The notes under the pieces are model-generated. The model saw nothing but the letters and a program-made list of their open reading frames with translations. It was not told the DNA's origin and did no database searches. 64,000 nucleotides of DNA. Origin: a virus. Below, piece by piece: positions 8,931-18,416 of the stretch (the first letter of the stretch is position 1; each line of letters starts with the position of its first letter). Both the position numbers and the translations under genes were made by a program. The stretch is from positions 96,001 through 160,000 of IMG/VR virus record IMGVR_UViG_3300025466_000012. One strand, given 5' to 3'.

Positions 8931-10484
8931 TCAACGTTGGCGCTTGCGTCCCAGAGACTTTTCAGTACCCAAACGTCCGTTATCGCCTGTGGCCTTAACT
9001 GAGCTTCTGGGCGGAATATAATCAACCAGCTCGCCGGCTTTATCAGCACTACCTGTAGTGGCAGAGTCTTCTTTGTTAGGTACAGCCTTGGGTTCCTTGT
9101 TGATATTGAATACCAGTTTGCCGCCCGAACTGGCAGTTGAGCTGTAACTCTTGGATGCCTCAAGGGTAACTTCGGTAAACAGCTTGCTGGGCCATACTGT
9201 GTTGAATCCCTGGATCACAAACTCGTCTCGACCTTTTTTGGCTTCGGTATACATCTGCACAAAGGCTGAATTGTTCAAGATATCAGCAGCAGCCTCACTG
9301 AAATTGGTCTTGGTATTGATCTCGTTGCAGACTTTGTAGGCAATACTGGACACCATGTGATTGATTGGTATGATCTTGCTGGCATCGTCAGCGGTGCGGT
9401 CGTGATAGATTTTTTTGAGATTGACACTTAGCCCCGGTACTTGATCAATATCAAAGTTTGGGTCCCCGCTGTATTTTGTCAAGTCCATGACTTGTTTGGC
9501 TTCTGCCTGGGTGATCATGCCTAAATCTATGGCCAGCTCTAATGGACCAGTGTTGTGATCCCCTCGATCTATAGTTTCCAAAATGTCTATGGTATCAGCA
9601 TACTGTTCTCTAAATTGTGTCATACCGGCTGCTTCAAGTTCGCGCACACTTTTTAATAGATTTACGCTGGATGCCATGGCACCCTTGGCCCCTTTTGAGC
9701 TCAACTTGATCTGCTTGCCAGCAGGATTGATCAAGAGACTGTCGTAGAGATTTCCTGAAACCGATTGATTGAAACTGACCACACAATCTGCAAATGACCC
9801 ATCCATGAATACCTCGGCAGCCTTGGCAGCGTTTCCTCGTACCGGAATACCACGTATCAGTACTATAGGTTGTAGCATTTCGCAAAAGTAATCTCTGAAG
9901 CCGGCAAAATCCATGTTACCGGCTGGCACTGTGACTGGAAAACTGTCGGCGCTAGAAACTATTTCAGCGGCACGATATTCTGCGCTGTCCAATCCAAACC
10001 TATCTCCAATCTGTACCAGGATGGATTCGGGAGTTTGGCTCTTGAATTCGGTCAAAACATCGCTGGGCTTGTAACCTGCTTTTTCTTTGCTGCCACGAGC
10101 ATCACCTTGGCTGAATCCGCCTGGTATGTCATCGGTTTGGAAGAATTTGTTTTGATCGTGGACAGGTTTGATGGTTTGTGCGAATTTGGCCAGATAGCGT
10201 GTGCCAACCGCGGTATCAAATGTTGCAATGGCAAATGCTCGATTGCTGTTGCTAGGTTGATTGACCTGCTCAATGGGATGACCGATCTCTGCTTGGACCT
10301 GATCAAAAACACTTTCTGTTTCTTCTCGAGTGGCATAATTGCCTACTTTGGGATAGAATGTGAGATTTTGGAAAACGATTTGGTCATCTGGATTATCTCC
10401 TCGCTTGTACACAGCACCAGGTTTACGGCCACTGAGTCCGCGGCTTTCGGCCAGATTATCGAGTAAGTTTAAAAGATCGCGCAT
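8931..10484 (-). CDS. large hypothetical protein, probably virion-associated, possible PD-(D/E)XK-like domain
   Basis: 517-aa ORF with N-terminus MRDLLNLLDNLAES, internal YDSLL...QIKLSSKG, upstream TAAGTA motif. Confidence 0.6.
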   Translation of the reverse strand: MRDLLNLLDNLAESRGLSGRKPGAVYKRGDNPDDQIVFQNLTFYPKVGNYATREETESVFDQVQAEIGHPIEQVNQPSNSNRAFAIATFDTAVGTRYLAKFAQTIKPVHDQNKFFQTDDIPGGFSQGDARGSKEKAGYKPSDVLTEFKSQTPESILVQIGDRFGLDSAEYRAAEIVSSADSFPVTVPAGNMDFAGFRDYFCEMLQPIVLIRGIPVRGNAAKAAEVFMDGSFADCVVSFNQSVSGNLYDSLLINPAGKQIKLSSKGAKGAMASSVNLLKSVRELEAAGMTQFREQYADTIDILETIDRGDHNTGPLELAIDLGMITQAEAKQVMDLTKYSGDPNFDIDQVPGLSVNLKKIYHDRTADDASKIIPINHMVSSIAYKVCNEINTKTNFSEAAADILNNSAFVQMYTEAKKGRDEFVIQGFNTVWPSKLFTEVTLEASKSYSSTASSGGKLVFNINKEPKAVPNKEDSATTGSADKAGELVDYIPPRSSVKATGDNGRLGTEKSLGRKRQR

Positions 10485-10563
10485 TTGATTTTTTCAATTA
10501 AGTATAATATACTTATGGAAGATCAACTATATACTAGTTCAAATTCACCACCAACTACTACAC

Positions 10564-11886
10564 ATGCCCAATCAATCTATATTTTGCAACTCTCCATGGT
10601 ACGAACTCCATGTCTATTGGGATGGTAGTCTAGGAATCTGTTGCCAAGAATCTCACAAACTGTATTCGCCAGATCAGACACAATACAATATCAAACACAT
10701 GACCATCATGGAATGGTTCAACAGCGAGCCAGTACGAAATTTTCGCAACAGCATTTTAGGATCAAGCAAGGTTTCTCAGTGCAGTCGTTGTTATAGTGAG
10801 GAGGATCATGGCGGTAACAGCCGGCGTTTCAAAAGCAATCAAAAGAGCGTAATCTTTACTCGTACTGCGTTTAATGACAGTTTTCCACAAAGTCCTGGTT
10901 ACAAACATTTTTCTTACAGTGCCGACCATGACGGTTATTCTACCAGGCATCCAATAGATTTGCATATTGATCTAGGAAATTTTTGCAATTTGGCTTGTAA
11001 AATGTGCGGACCCGAAGCCAGTAGCACCATTGCCAGTCAGCAGGTCAAGTGGGGCATAGAATCCAGTAGATCATATCTGGGCACTGACTGGACCAAGGAC
11101 CAGTCAGTCTGGAACGATTTCAAACAGCAGTTGTTGGAAATACCACAACTGACCAACCTGCATTTTATGGGTGGTGAGACCTTGTTGACTCCGAGAATGG
11201 AGGATCTGGTAGATACCATGATCGAGCATGAAAAATTTGATCTGTGTTTCAGTTTTGTTTCCAATGGCACTGTGTTCAAGCCTGATTTGTTAAACAAACT
11301 GAAACAATTCCGTCGCGTGGGCATTGAGGTCAGTATAGAAACTCTGGACGCTCGTAATTCGTACACTCGTCAAGGCACAGATACTGCACAAGTTTTGGAG
11401 AACATTCAACTTTATCTTGATTATTGCAACAACAGCTCGATCACACTGACGTTGAGACCGGCAATAAGTCTGCTGACTATTGGGTCCTATGTTGGACTGT
11501 TACAGTATGCTCTGGATCGCGAATTGATTGTAAAAGGCCTGATCTGTCAGACGCCTAGATTTTTGAGTGTGGAGATATTGCCTTCTGAGATAAAACAACT
11601 GTATCGACCGCAGTTTGAAACATTCCTGGAATCGATTGAAGATGTGGAAATTGGTGGTGATTACAATGCCAGTGATCCGCACAACTACAAAAAAATAATC
11701 AAGGAACAGGCCAAACTGTGTTTGAATCTACTGAAAACCGCGACACCGCCCGACAGTGATCAGCAGTTGGAATTGATGACTCGCCATTGCGAACGTTGGG
11801 ATCGTGTGTACGGGCACGACGCCATGCTCCTGTTTCCTGAATTACAAAACATACTGTCGCAACACACCTATGACATATCCAGTTAA
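10564..11886 (+). CDS. radical SAM protein with N-terminal SPASM/twitch-like domain
   Basis: CNLACKMC (CxxxCxxC), HFMGGETL, N-terminal CNSPW...DGSLGICC...CSRC. Confidence 0.9.
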   Translation: MPNQSIFCNSPWYELHVYWDGSLGICCQESHKLYSPDQTQYNIKHMTIMEWFNSEPVRNFRNSILGSSKVSQCSRCYSEEDHGGNSRRFKSNQKSVIFTRTAFNDSFPQSPGYKHFSYSADHDGYSTRHPIDLHIDLGNFCNLACKMCGPEASSTIASQQVKWGIESSRSYLGTDWTKDQSVWNDFKQQLLEIPQLTNLHFMGGETLLTPRMEDLVDTMIEHEKFDLCFSFVSNGTVFKPDLLNKLKQFRRVGIEVSIETLDARNSYTRQGTDTAQVLENIQLYLDYCNNSSITLTLRPAISLLTIGSYVGLLQYALDRELIVKGLICQTPRFLSVEILPSEIKQLYRPQFETFLESIEDVEIGGDYNASDPHNYKKIIKEQAKLCLNLLKTATPPDSDQQLELMTRHCERWDRVYGHDAMLLFPELQNILSQHTYDISS

Positions 11887-12334
11887 ACTGTCGGTGGTAT
11901 TACGACCCATCTGGCACGCCGAACCGCCGCAGATACGGGTAGGTATTGAACCCGATCTGACCAAAATTTGGTTGACAGAAACTACCAAATTTGATTTTGA
12001 GTTTGAAACTGATCAGCCAGTCTGTCTAAGCGTGGAATTTTTAAACAAGACTGATCAAGATTGTATTCCAGATCAAATTTTGGACAAAGCCGTGGTCATA
12101 GAATCTGTGAGTTTTTTTGATATCACAGATCCTAAATTTGCGTGGGCTGGCATCTATGAGCCTGTATATCCCGAACCATGGGCAACCCAACAACGCAATC
12201 AAGGTGTTGTACTAGAGCAACAGCTTAGTCTGAATACCTATTTGGGGTGGAATGGCAAGTGGACGCTGACATTTGGTGTACCTGTTTTCAGCTGGATACA
12301 CCATGTGCAAAATCTGGGTTGGATTTATGATTGA
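11870..12334 (+). CDS. hypothetical protein
   Basis: 155-aa ORF overlapping the rSAM stop, C-terminal YLGWNGKWTL. Confidence 0.7.
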   Translation: MTYPVKLSVVLRPIWHAEPPQIRVGIEPDLTKIWLTETTKFDFEFETDQPVCLSVEFLNKTDQDCIPDQILDKAVVIESVSFFDITDPKFAWAGIYEPVYPEPWATQQRNQGVVLEQQLSLNTYLGWNGKWTLTFGVPVFSWIHHVQNLGWIYD

Positions 12335-12359
12335 CTCAAAATGGCTATTATAATATACT
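12331..12359 (+). promoter_or_regulatory. sigma70-type promoter
   Basis: TTGACT-17-TATACT. Confidence 0.65.
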
Positions 12360-12365
12360 AATATT

Positions 12366-12512
12366 ATGATAAAAATCCAGCAAAAACCACGTCGAACCCG
12401 GGCACACATGGTGTTGTTTATTCGCAACACTCCATTCCGCCCCCAGCGTGTGGAGCCCAAAAACCTATATCGTCGCCAAGAAAAACACAAGAATCGTGTG
12501 GATTTTGGTTGA
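12366..12512 (+). CDS. 48-aa basic protein, ArfA-like (not in ORF track)
   Basis: MIKIQQKPRRTRAHMVLFIRNTPFRPQRVEPKNLYRRQEKHKNRVDFG. Has its own promoter and resembles the ArfA core P(L)FRQRVE...Y.RK.KH. Confidence 0.5.
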   Translation: MIKIQQKPRRTRAHMVLFIRNTPFRPQRVEPKNLYRRQEKHKNRVDFG

Positions 12513-12561
12513 CCCAAAACGGCATTTCGGTTATAATAGTAGTATATTAACAATAAGGAGT
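12507..12561 (+). promoter_or_regulatory. early promoter cassette (member of repeated family)
   Basis: TTGACC(12509)-17-TATAAT(12532) followed by AGTAGTATA and an AAGGAG RBS. Confidence 0.85.
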
Positions 12562-12565
12562 AGAT

Positions 12566-13000
12566 ATGACAACAGTTCAATTTGCAGGTTTTAGTCGTTT
12601 GAATGGTGAGTTAAAATTCCGTACTGCCAACGACGTCAAACGTATCGATCAGTTGCGTAAACTGGGCGACACTGATGTGGTTATCCTTGCATTGCCTACA
12701 GAAATGACCAAGAATGATGCTGCTCGGTTTGTGCTCACTAACTTGGCTGTCAGTTATCCAGATTTCAATAATGTTGAAGCAACGGCTTTATTGGAAGGGT
12801 TGATACAAGATAAGAACCCGTCAGCCAAGCCACAAGCTCAAAAAAAGCCACGCAATCCGGTCAAAGTAACAGTACCAAACATGGCCAAGGTCAAGTTGAC
12901 TGGTGCCACGGTCAAGTTTGAAAAACTCACAGCCAAACAGGCTGCTGAGATCCGTGCCGAATTCAACGAACAGGTGCGAGTCGCATTCGAAGCCAACTGA
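12566..13000 (+). CDS. hypothetical early protein
   Basis: 144-aa ORF behind a consensus promoter and RBS. Confidence 0.8.
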   Translation: MTTVQFAGFSRLNGELKFRTANDVKRIDQLRKLGDTDVVILALPTEMTKNDAARFVLTNLAVSYPDFNNVEATALLEGLIQDKNPSAKPQAQKKPRNPVKVTVPNMAKVKLTGATVKFEKLTAKQAAEIRAEFNEQVRVAFEAN

Positions 13001-13040
13001 CATGTACACAATCACAATCTTGCTGGATCTAGAATAGCTC

Positions 13041-14111
13041 ATGCGAATAAATCTAATTGGACAACGCAACAGTTCGGGCATTGGCAATCATTTTGCAGCC
13101 TTTGCAGATGCCATACAGGCACTGGACACTGTGGGTAGCTGTGTGCAGGAACTGGATTTCCAGAATACCGATGCCATAGTGTCGGCAGCACGTGCCAGTA
13201 CCGAACAGGATGTGACCATCAGCTTTGTGGGCATGAACATACACGATCTGTTCCGAGGCACCCGGATACAGTGGATAGTTTTTGAAAGCACTCGTATTCC
13301 AGTCGATGTGTTACGGTCGGCTGAACAGGCCGATCTGGTATGGGTACCTACCAAGTGGGGACGGGATGTCTTGATCGCCAACGGCATCGACAGTGACAAG
13401 ATAGACATAGTGCCCGAAGGTGTCAATCATACCTTGTTCCATCCCCACGCTAGATCCCAGCAACCGCGTCCTTTTAGATTCCTGATCGTGGGCAAGTATG
13501 AAGTACGCAAGAGCTATGCCGAGCTGTTTGAAGCGTTTGGTCGCACATTTGGCAATGATCCGGGCGTGGAACTGGTCATGAAAAGCGACTACTTCCGCAA
13601 CGGTGATGCCAAGGCCCAGCAGATGATTGCTGCGATCAAGAGTTACGGATTTGACAACTGGCGACTCAACTGGGGTTATGCGGATCTCACAAGCATAGCC
13701 GAAATGTATCGCACCGCAGATGTGTTCTTGAGCGCACCCAGAGGCGAAGCCTGGGGCTTGCCCATCATAGAAGCAGCTGCCAGTGGCTTGCCCATTATCA
13801 GCACCATGTACTCGGGTCATGCTGAATTTCTCAAACCCATACGCACCAGTGTGCTGGACGTGGCCTGGAATCTGCGTCCTGTGGACTGTGACGAATACAA
13901 AAGTTACTATCCATTTCCGGATGGCGACTGGGGACAATGGGCGGTGCCTAGGATAGCCAGCATCCAACAGGCCTTGCAAACGGCACGTGACAATCATGCA
14001 GACTTGAGCGCAAAGGCACGGGCCAACAGCACAATCATACGGTCTCGATTTACCTGGTCAGCCAGCGCCGATCAAGCAGTGGCCAGCCTAGAACTGCGAG
14101 GACTGATCTAG
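13041..14111 (+). CDS. glycosyltransferase, GT-B fold (GT4 family)
   Basis: VWVPTKW, VPEGV, VGKYEVRKS, RGEAWGLPIIEAAASGLPII. Confidence 0.88.
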   Translation: MRINLIGQRNSSGIGNHFAAFADAIQALDTVGSCVQELDFQNTDAIVSAARASTEQDVTISFVGMNIHDLFRGTRIQWIVFESTRIPVDVLRSAEQADLVWVPTKWGRDVLIANGIDSDKIDIVPEGVNHTLFHPHARSQQPRPFRFLIVGKYEVRKSYAELFEAFGRTFGNDPGVELVMKSDYFRNGDAKAQQMIAAIKSYGFDNWRLNWGYADLTSIAEMYRTADVFLSAPRGEAWGLPIIEAAASGLPIISTMYSGHAEFLKPIRTSVLDVAWNLRPVDCDEYKSYYPFPDGDWGQWAVPRIASIQQALQTARDNHADLSAKARANSTIIRSRFTWSASADQAVASLELRGLI

Positions 14112-14395
14112 TGTACACTTATCATGCCCAAAACACCTGTGTGCCCAGATCAGATCTCAGAGCCCGGTTGTTCATGATCGGTCATGTTGACTTGTACGAT
14201 TTGGTCAATCACAATCCTGATCTCAGAATGGTACCCATACAATATCTGGAACCCATGAGATCTGCTCTCAAGCAGTTGGGTTATCGAGCCCGGATCCGCT
14301 ACCGAGGACCGCACAAACAGCAACAAGACACGCACAAACATCTTGCCAGAGCTTTTACCGTTTACTTTAAGGAACCGTTGACATGTATGCTTTGA
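14111..14395 (+). CDS. hypothetical protein
   Basis: GTG start, RIRYRGP...ARAFTVY motif. Confidence 0.6.
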   Translation: MYTYHAQNTCVPRSDLRARLFMIGHVDLYDLVNHNPDLRMVPIQYLEPMRSALKQLGYRARIRYRGPHKQQQDTHKHLARAFTVYFKEPLTCML

Positions 14396-14601
14396 TTTTC
14401 CTAGCTGTCACAGCCGGCACTAGTCCGGCCATTTTGGGCACCTATCACACACAAAACGCCTGTCAGCGAGTTCTGCGTGCAGTTTGGCAAGCCAGAATGT
14501 TTCCGCCCGGTGTTGCAAACACGCCACAGACACAGCAAGCGGTTGACATAAAATTGCAATATCAGAGAGATTTCCTGTGCATTCCTGTTGATCCAGATTG
14601 A
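14383..14601 (+). CDS. hypothetical protein
   Basis: 72-aa ORF with hydrophobic N-terminus. Confidence 0.55.
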   Translation: MYALIFLAVTAGTSPAILGTYHTQNACQRVLRAVWQARMFPPGVANTPQTQQAVDIKLQYQRDFLCIPVDPD

Positions 14602-14607
14602 CCAAAC

Positions 14608-14663
14608 GGTTGACCCAAAATGACAGATCGGTTATAATAGTAGTATAGTAAACAACAAGGAGC
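14608..14663 (+). promoter_or_regulatory. early promoter cassette (member of repeated family)
   Basis: 51/56 identical to the 37125-37180 repeat. TTGACC-17-TATAAT plus AAGGAG. Confidence 0.88.
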
Positions 14664-14668
14664 ATTAA

Positions 14669-14899
14669 ATGACTGAATTCGAACGTAATTGTTATGGTAT
14701 CTCAGAAGCACAAATCCGCAGAGATTATTTACAAGGCATCAGTGCCAAACTCAGCGGTCTTGAAATGACAGCCATGGGTGTTTTGAGTGATGCTCAAGAA
14801 ATGTTGACAGGTGGCGCCAGCAAAGATGCTGTGCGTAAACAGATCAACATTGCCAAGTTTATCCTGTGTGAGATACTTGAATCCAAACAAACAGCCTAA
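14669..14899 (+). CDS. hypothetical early protein
   Basis: ORF directly behind a promoter/RBS cassette. Confidence 0.8.
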   Translation: MTEFERNCYGISEAQIRRDYLQGISAKLSGLEMTAMGVLSDAQEMLTGGASKDAVRKQINIAKFILCEILESKQTA

Positions 14900-14907
14900 G
14901 AACCACT

Positions 14908-15132
14908 ATGGGTTATGTAGTCTACGAAAAAGAATATGGTGGTGCCCAACACTACTACAAAAAAGAGTCTGTAGCGAAAGCCCAGGTCACTAGACTGAAC
15001 AAACAGCTCTATGCCGGGTATGGTAGAGAAGTAGCTTACTGTAGTTGGGCCGATTATGAACTCATGTTGCAAGGTATGGATCCAGCCCAGATTAGATTTT
15101 ATAGATTTGTCTCGCACCCCCTAAACACCTAA
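14908..15132 (+). CDS. hypothetical protein
   Basis: 74-aa ORF in tight operon. Confidence 0.65.
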   Translation: MGYVVYEKEYGGAQHYYKKESVAKAQVTRLNKQLYAGYGREVAYCSWADYELMLQGMDPAQIRFYRFVSHPLNT

Positions 15133-15141
15133 GGAGCAGAT

Positions 15142-15369
15142 ATGTACAAAAGTGACGTTACCGAATATGACACCCGACATGGTGGACCTTGGGACCGTGG
15201 AAGTGCAGATTCCTGGTACGATAGACCGTTTGATCCGCACTACTATCAGGCCGGTACTGGTGTCAGCGAACGAGTAGAATTGGCCGACATGACCGCAGAA
15301 GAGATTGTTGCATACTCGGCCGGTTACAACTGGAATGAAACCCACGGTAGCAAAAAGGATTGGGCGTAA
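15142..15369 (+). CDS. conserved small phage protein
   Basis: AAGGAG RBS, RHGGPWDRGSADSWYDRPFDPHYY motif. Confidence 0.8.
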   Translation: MYKSDVTEYDTRHGGPWDRGSADSWYDRPFDPHYYQAGTGVSERVELADMTAEEIVAYSAGYNWNETHGSKKDWA

Positions 15370-15749
15370 TGAAGATACTTGAAGAAATCACAGTATGGGA
15401 TCAAGAATATGATGTACCCAATCATGTGTACTTTGTGAACGACAGCAAGGACAAGATGTTTGCTTATGTGGCATCGGGCTCGGTCCGGGTGCAAGAGTTC
15501 AAGCAACCCATCCGATTCAGCACCAGCCGTCGCAAGTTCAAGGAAGTTGAAAATCGTTGGAACTTTATGCTTGAGGAAGAGAAACCAGTAGAGTCCACGG
15601 GCAAAGAGTATCGTGTGCCCGGATCACAAGGTGCTGTTTATACTGTGACTGACGATCGGGGTAGCTGGACCTGCACCTGCCCAGTTGCGAAATGGCAACG
15701 GAGAGAGTGCAAACATATCGTTCAATTAAAAGCCGTATCGACCCTTTAA
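15369..15749 (+). CDS. SWIM zinc-finger protein
   Basis: C-terminal YTV...WTCTCP...RRECKHI (CxC...CxH). TAATG coupling. Confidence 0.8.
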   Translation: MKILEEITVWDQEYDVPNHVYFVNDSKDKMFAYVASGSVRVQEFKQPIRFSTSRRKFKEVENRWNFMLEEEKPVESTGKEYRVPGSQGAVYTVTDDRGSWTCTCPVAKWQRRECKHIVQLKAVSTL

Positions 15750-16442
15750 GGAATTGTAGTCTTGTTGTATTTGGTCTGCTGTTAGGGCACGACCATACAC
15801 GGCTACAACGGGAATGTCACCATACCAGTAGTTGTCGCCATAGGCCACATTTTCGTTGCCATTGCTGACCCATTGACTAAATGCTATTGAGTTGGTTCCT
15901 ACAGGTTGACCGTTAAGGTAATAAGTTACCAAACCACCGGTAGTCTGTGTAACTGCGGCAACGAACCATTGATTGGTAGTGATAGACAAGTTGTTGCTGA
16001 ATCCACCACCGCCTCCAGCACTCCAATGTATTTGATAAACACCTGCGCTAGGACTGTAAATATAGGTATTAAAGTTTCTAGTTCCTGCGGCTGTGCCAAA
16101 CATACAGCGGAAAGTGCCGGCGGTAATAGCAGTTAGTCTGGCCACAATGAATACAGTTTTACCTGTGTAGGTTTGATTGTATTTGGCTGTGGGCGTTCCA
16201 GCATATTGAGTGCCAGCACCATTGAAAGAGAAGTAGCTGTTTGCACCACTGCTGACGAATGTAGGACTGCCTACCAAGGTAGCATTGTTGGTATTGGTAG
16301 ACAAGTCAGTCCAAGTAGTTCCCGAACCAGAATAACTAGCGGCCTGCCCAGCATCTAGATATAGCAAGGCACCGTTGCTATTAAACGATGAGTCATAAAC
16401 CGTAAATCCTTGTATGTTGGTGCCTTGAATAATTGTTGTCAT
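15726..16442 (-). CDS. concanavalin A/LamG-like lectin domain virion protein
   Basis: LYLDAG..SYSGSGTTWTDLS, YLNGQ, RALTADQIQQDYN. Confidence 0.85.
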   Translation of the reverse strand: MTTIIQGTNIQGFTVYDSSFNSNGALLYLDAGQAASYSGSGTTWTDLSTNTNNATLVGSPTFVSSGANSYFSFNGAGTQYAGTPTAKYNQTYTGKTVFIVARLTAITAGTFRCMFGTAAGTRNFNTYIYSPSAGVYQIHWSAGGGGGFSNNLSITTNQWFVAAVTQTTGGLVTYYLNGQPVGTNSIAFSQWVSNGNENVAYGDNYWYGDIPVVAVYGRALTADQIQQDYNSLKGRYGF

Positions 16443-17158
16443 ACCCCAAACCGTCCCTTCAACCCATAGTAGTTTTGTTGAATTTGTTCTAAGGTAAGTT
16501 TAGTATTATACAACTCTAAATTGGCCACATAGCCCCAGGGTTGATCTGCGGAACCTTGTATGTTGCCCCAGGCATAGTGATACTGCCCTGATACCGATTT
16601 AAATACCGGTTGACCAACCAGTTGACCATTGATGTAGAATACTTGTCCTGCGGCATCGCCTATTGTGGCAAACTGTGCCCAAACATCACCATAGGCTGAC
16701 ATGTTGTAGGTTGAGCTGTTGAACCCGGTGAGTGTGGCGTTGTCCCACATGCCCAAGATATTGGTCCCGGTGTTGACAATAATAGCATGTCCACCGTTGG
16801 GTCGGCTGCCGTTGGCTTGATAACCTCTTAAAAGAGTTCTGTAACCAGTTGTGGTGGATCTTACACGCACCCAACTGATGTAGGTAAATGCTGTGGGTAT
16901 CTGTATGTCGACTGAATTGGCGGTAATAACTTGTCCAGTAGCAGAGCAGTTGAAACATTTAACACCACTCAACACAGTGTAGAGGTTGCTGTTGCTGAGA
17001 GTATGAGTGTAGCCATTGCCCGACAGGTCATTGAGCGTGGTGCCTGTGCCTGAATAACTTGAACTATTGTTAGCATCAAGATACAGCACTAAACCAGTGG
17101 GCATGACCCCACCATCTACAACTCTTGTTCCTCGGAGTGTTACGCCTTGAACAATCAT
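16439..17158 (-). CDS. concanavalin A/LamG-like lectin domain virion protein (tandem paralogue)
   Basis: LYLDAN..SYSGTGTTLNDLSGN, YINGQ, LTLEQIQQNYYGLKGRFG. Confidence 0.85.
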   Translation of the reverse strand: MIVQGVTLRGTRVVDGGVMPTGLVLYLDANNSSSYSGTGTTLNDLSGNGYTHTLSNSNLYTVLSGVKCFNCSATGQVITANSVDIQIPTAFTYISWVRVRSTTTGYRTLLRGYQANGSRPNGGHAIIVNTGTNILGMWDNATLTGFNSSTYNMSAYGDVWAQFATIGDAAGQVFYINGQLVGQPVFKSVSGQYHYAWGNIQGSADQPWGYVANLELYNTKLTLEQIQQNYYGLKGRFGV

Positions 17159-17159
17159 A

Positions 17160-18404
17160 TTAACCTAGGAACGCCACTGACCAGTTGTCGTTGCCATCAA
17201 AAATAAGTGAACCAACAGTTACTTTAAGTGTAAGTGTGTCTCCTGCCGCCAGTTTTGATACCGTGCCAACACCAAAATGATTAATACTAGGGTTGGCACC
17301 TGATTCCCACATGACTTGATTTACATTACCTGACCCATAGTTTTTGATAACAATGGCCTGTGCGCTTGGTGAAGTATTATTTGCCACACGGCAAACAAGA
17401 TTTAATTGATATAGACCAGCCACGGGTGCGGTAAACACCCCTGTTGACGAATTCAAGTAACCGCCTTGATTGTAATCCACTGCCCAGTTGTTGCCGTTTA
17501 GAATGCCTGTGCCGTTGGTTGTAGTGCTCCAGATTGATGAACTATTGCCATACACACGGAATGCTGGCAAGTTTGGAATTTTGACGCCGCCCGAGCCAGA
17601 TACAGTAACATTGCCGGCAACACTTACTGTATTGCCAAACTGTGCCGGAGTGATGTTTGTAACTATCAACTGTCCGGTGCCGTTTGGATCAACGGTAATA
17701 TTACCATTTGTGACGCTGGTCATTGTGGTGTTGGCACTGAACACCAAATCCCCGTTTGTGGGCAGGGTTACGTTGCCGGTGTTGTCAAAAGTCCAAGTAT
17801 ATGATCCAGCAACTATGCCTACGTTGGCCTGTGCTCCAACCACGTTGCCAGCAATTGAAATGTTTCCAATTAGGTTACCGGCTGTAATATTACCACTAGT
17901 AGAAATAGTATTGCTACCGTATGCAGCCAAGAAAGTAGCCACGTTTGAGTTGCCGTATGTTGCTGGTAGGCCAGTTAACTGACTACCGTTACCAAAGATA
18001 TAAGCACCTGTGATATTGCCGGCAGAACTGATTACGGATTGTGAGTTGGCCAATAGAATATCGCCACCAGTTGGAACGGTCAAGTTACCAGTGTTGTCAA
18101 AGGTCCAGGTATAGCTACCGGCTACTAGTTGAACATTTGGACTTGTTCCTGTTACGTTACCTGTGATGCTAATATTACCAATCAAGTTACCGGCTGTAAT
18201 ATTACCACTAGTAGAAATAGTATTGCTACCGTATGCGGCCAAGAAAGTAGCCACGTTTGCGTTGCCATAGCTTGCGGCAATACCGGTCAGTTGCGATCCG
18301 TTACCCAGTATGTAATTGCCTGAAACGTTGCCAGTGGTAGAAACCACCGTGTTACTAATTACATTGTTAGCCTTGATGTTTATGTACGAACTTAGATCAG
18401 CCAT
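17160..18404 (-). CDS. fibre-like protein with C-terminal C1q/TNF-like domain
   Basis: GN-rich beta repeats, PAFRVYG...YLNSSTGVFTAPVAGLYQ...LAAGDTL...FLG. Confidence 0.8.
   Translation of the reverse strand: MADLSSYINIKANNVISNTVVSTTGNVSGNYILGNGSQLTGIAASYGNANVATFLAAYGSNTISTSGNITAGNLIGNISITGNVTGTSPNVQLVAGSYTWTFDNTGNLTVPTGGDILLANSQSVISSAGNITGAYIFGNGSQLTGLPATYGNSNVATFLAAYGSNTISTSGNITAGNLIGNISIAGNVVGAQANVGIVAGSYTWTFDNTGNVTLPTNGDLVFSANTTMTSVTNGNITVDPNGTGQLIVTNITPAQFGNTVSVAGNVTVSGSGGVKIPNLPAFRVYGNSSSIWSTTTNGTGILNGNNWAVDYNQGGYLNSSTGVFTAPVAGLYQLNLVCRVANNTSPSAQAIVIKNYGSGNVNQVMWESGANPSINHFGVGTVSKLAAGDTLTLKVTVGSLIFDGNDNWSVAFLG
17874..18259. repeat. intragenic direct repeat (74-bp core, 17874-17947 and 18186-18259)
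   Basis: 73/74 identical, encodes the duplicated ATFLAAYGSNTISTSGNITAGN unit. Confidence 0.9.
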
Positions 18405-18416
18405 TTGTTTTCCTCG

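Noticed and set aside
10536-10556. GTTCAAATTCACCACCA as a tRNA 3' end
   Set aside because: No T-stem or acceptor-stem pairing and no upstream cloverleaf.
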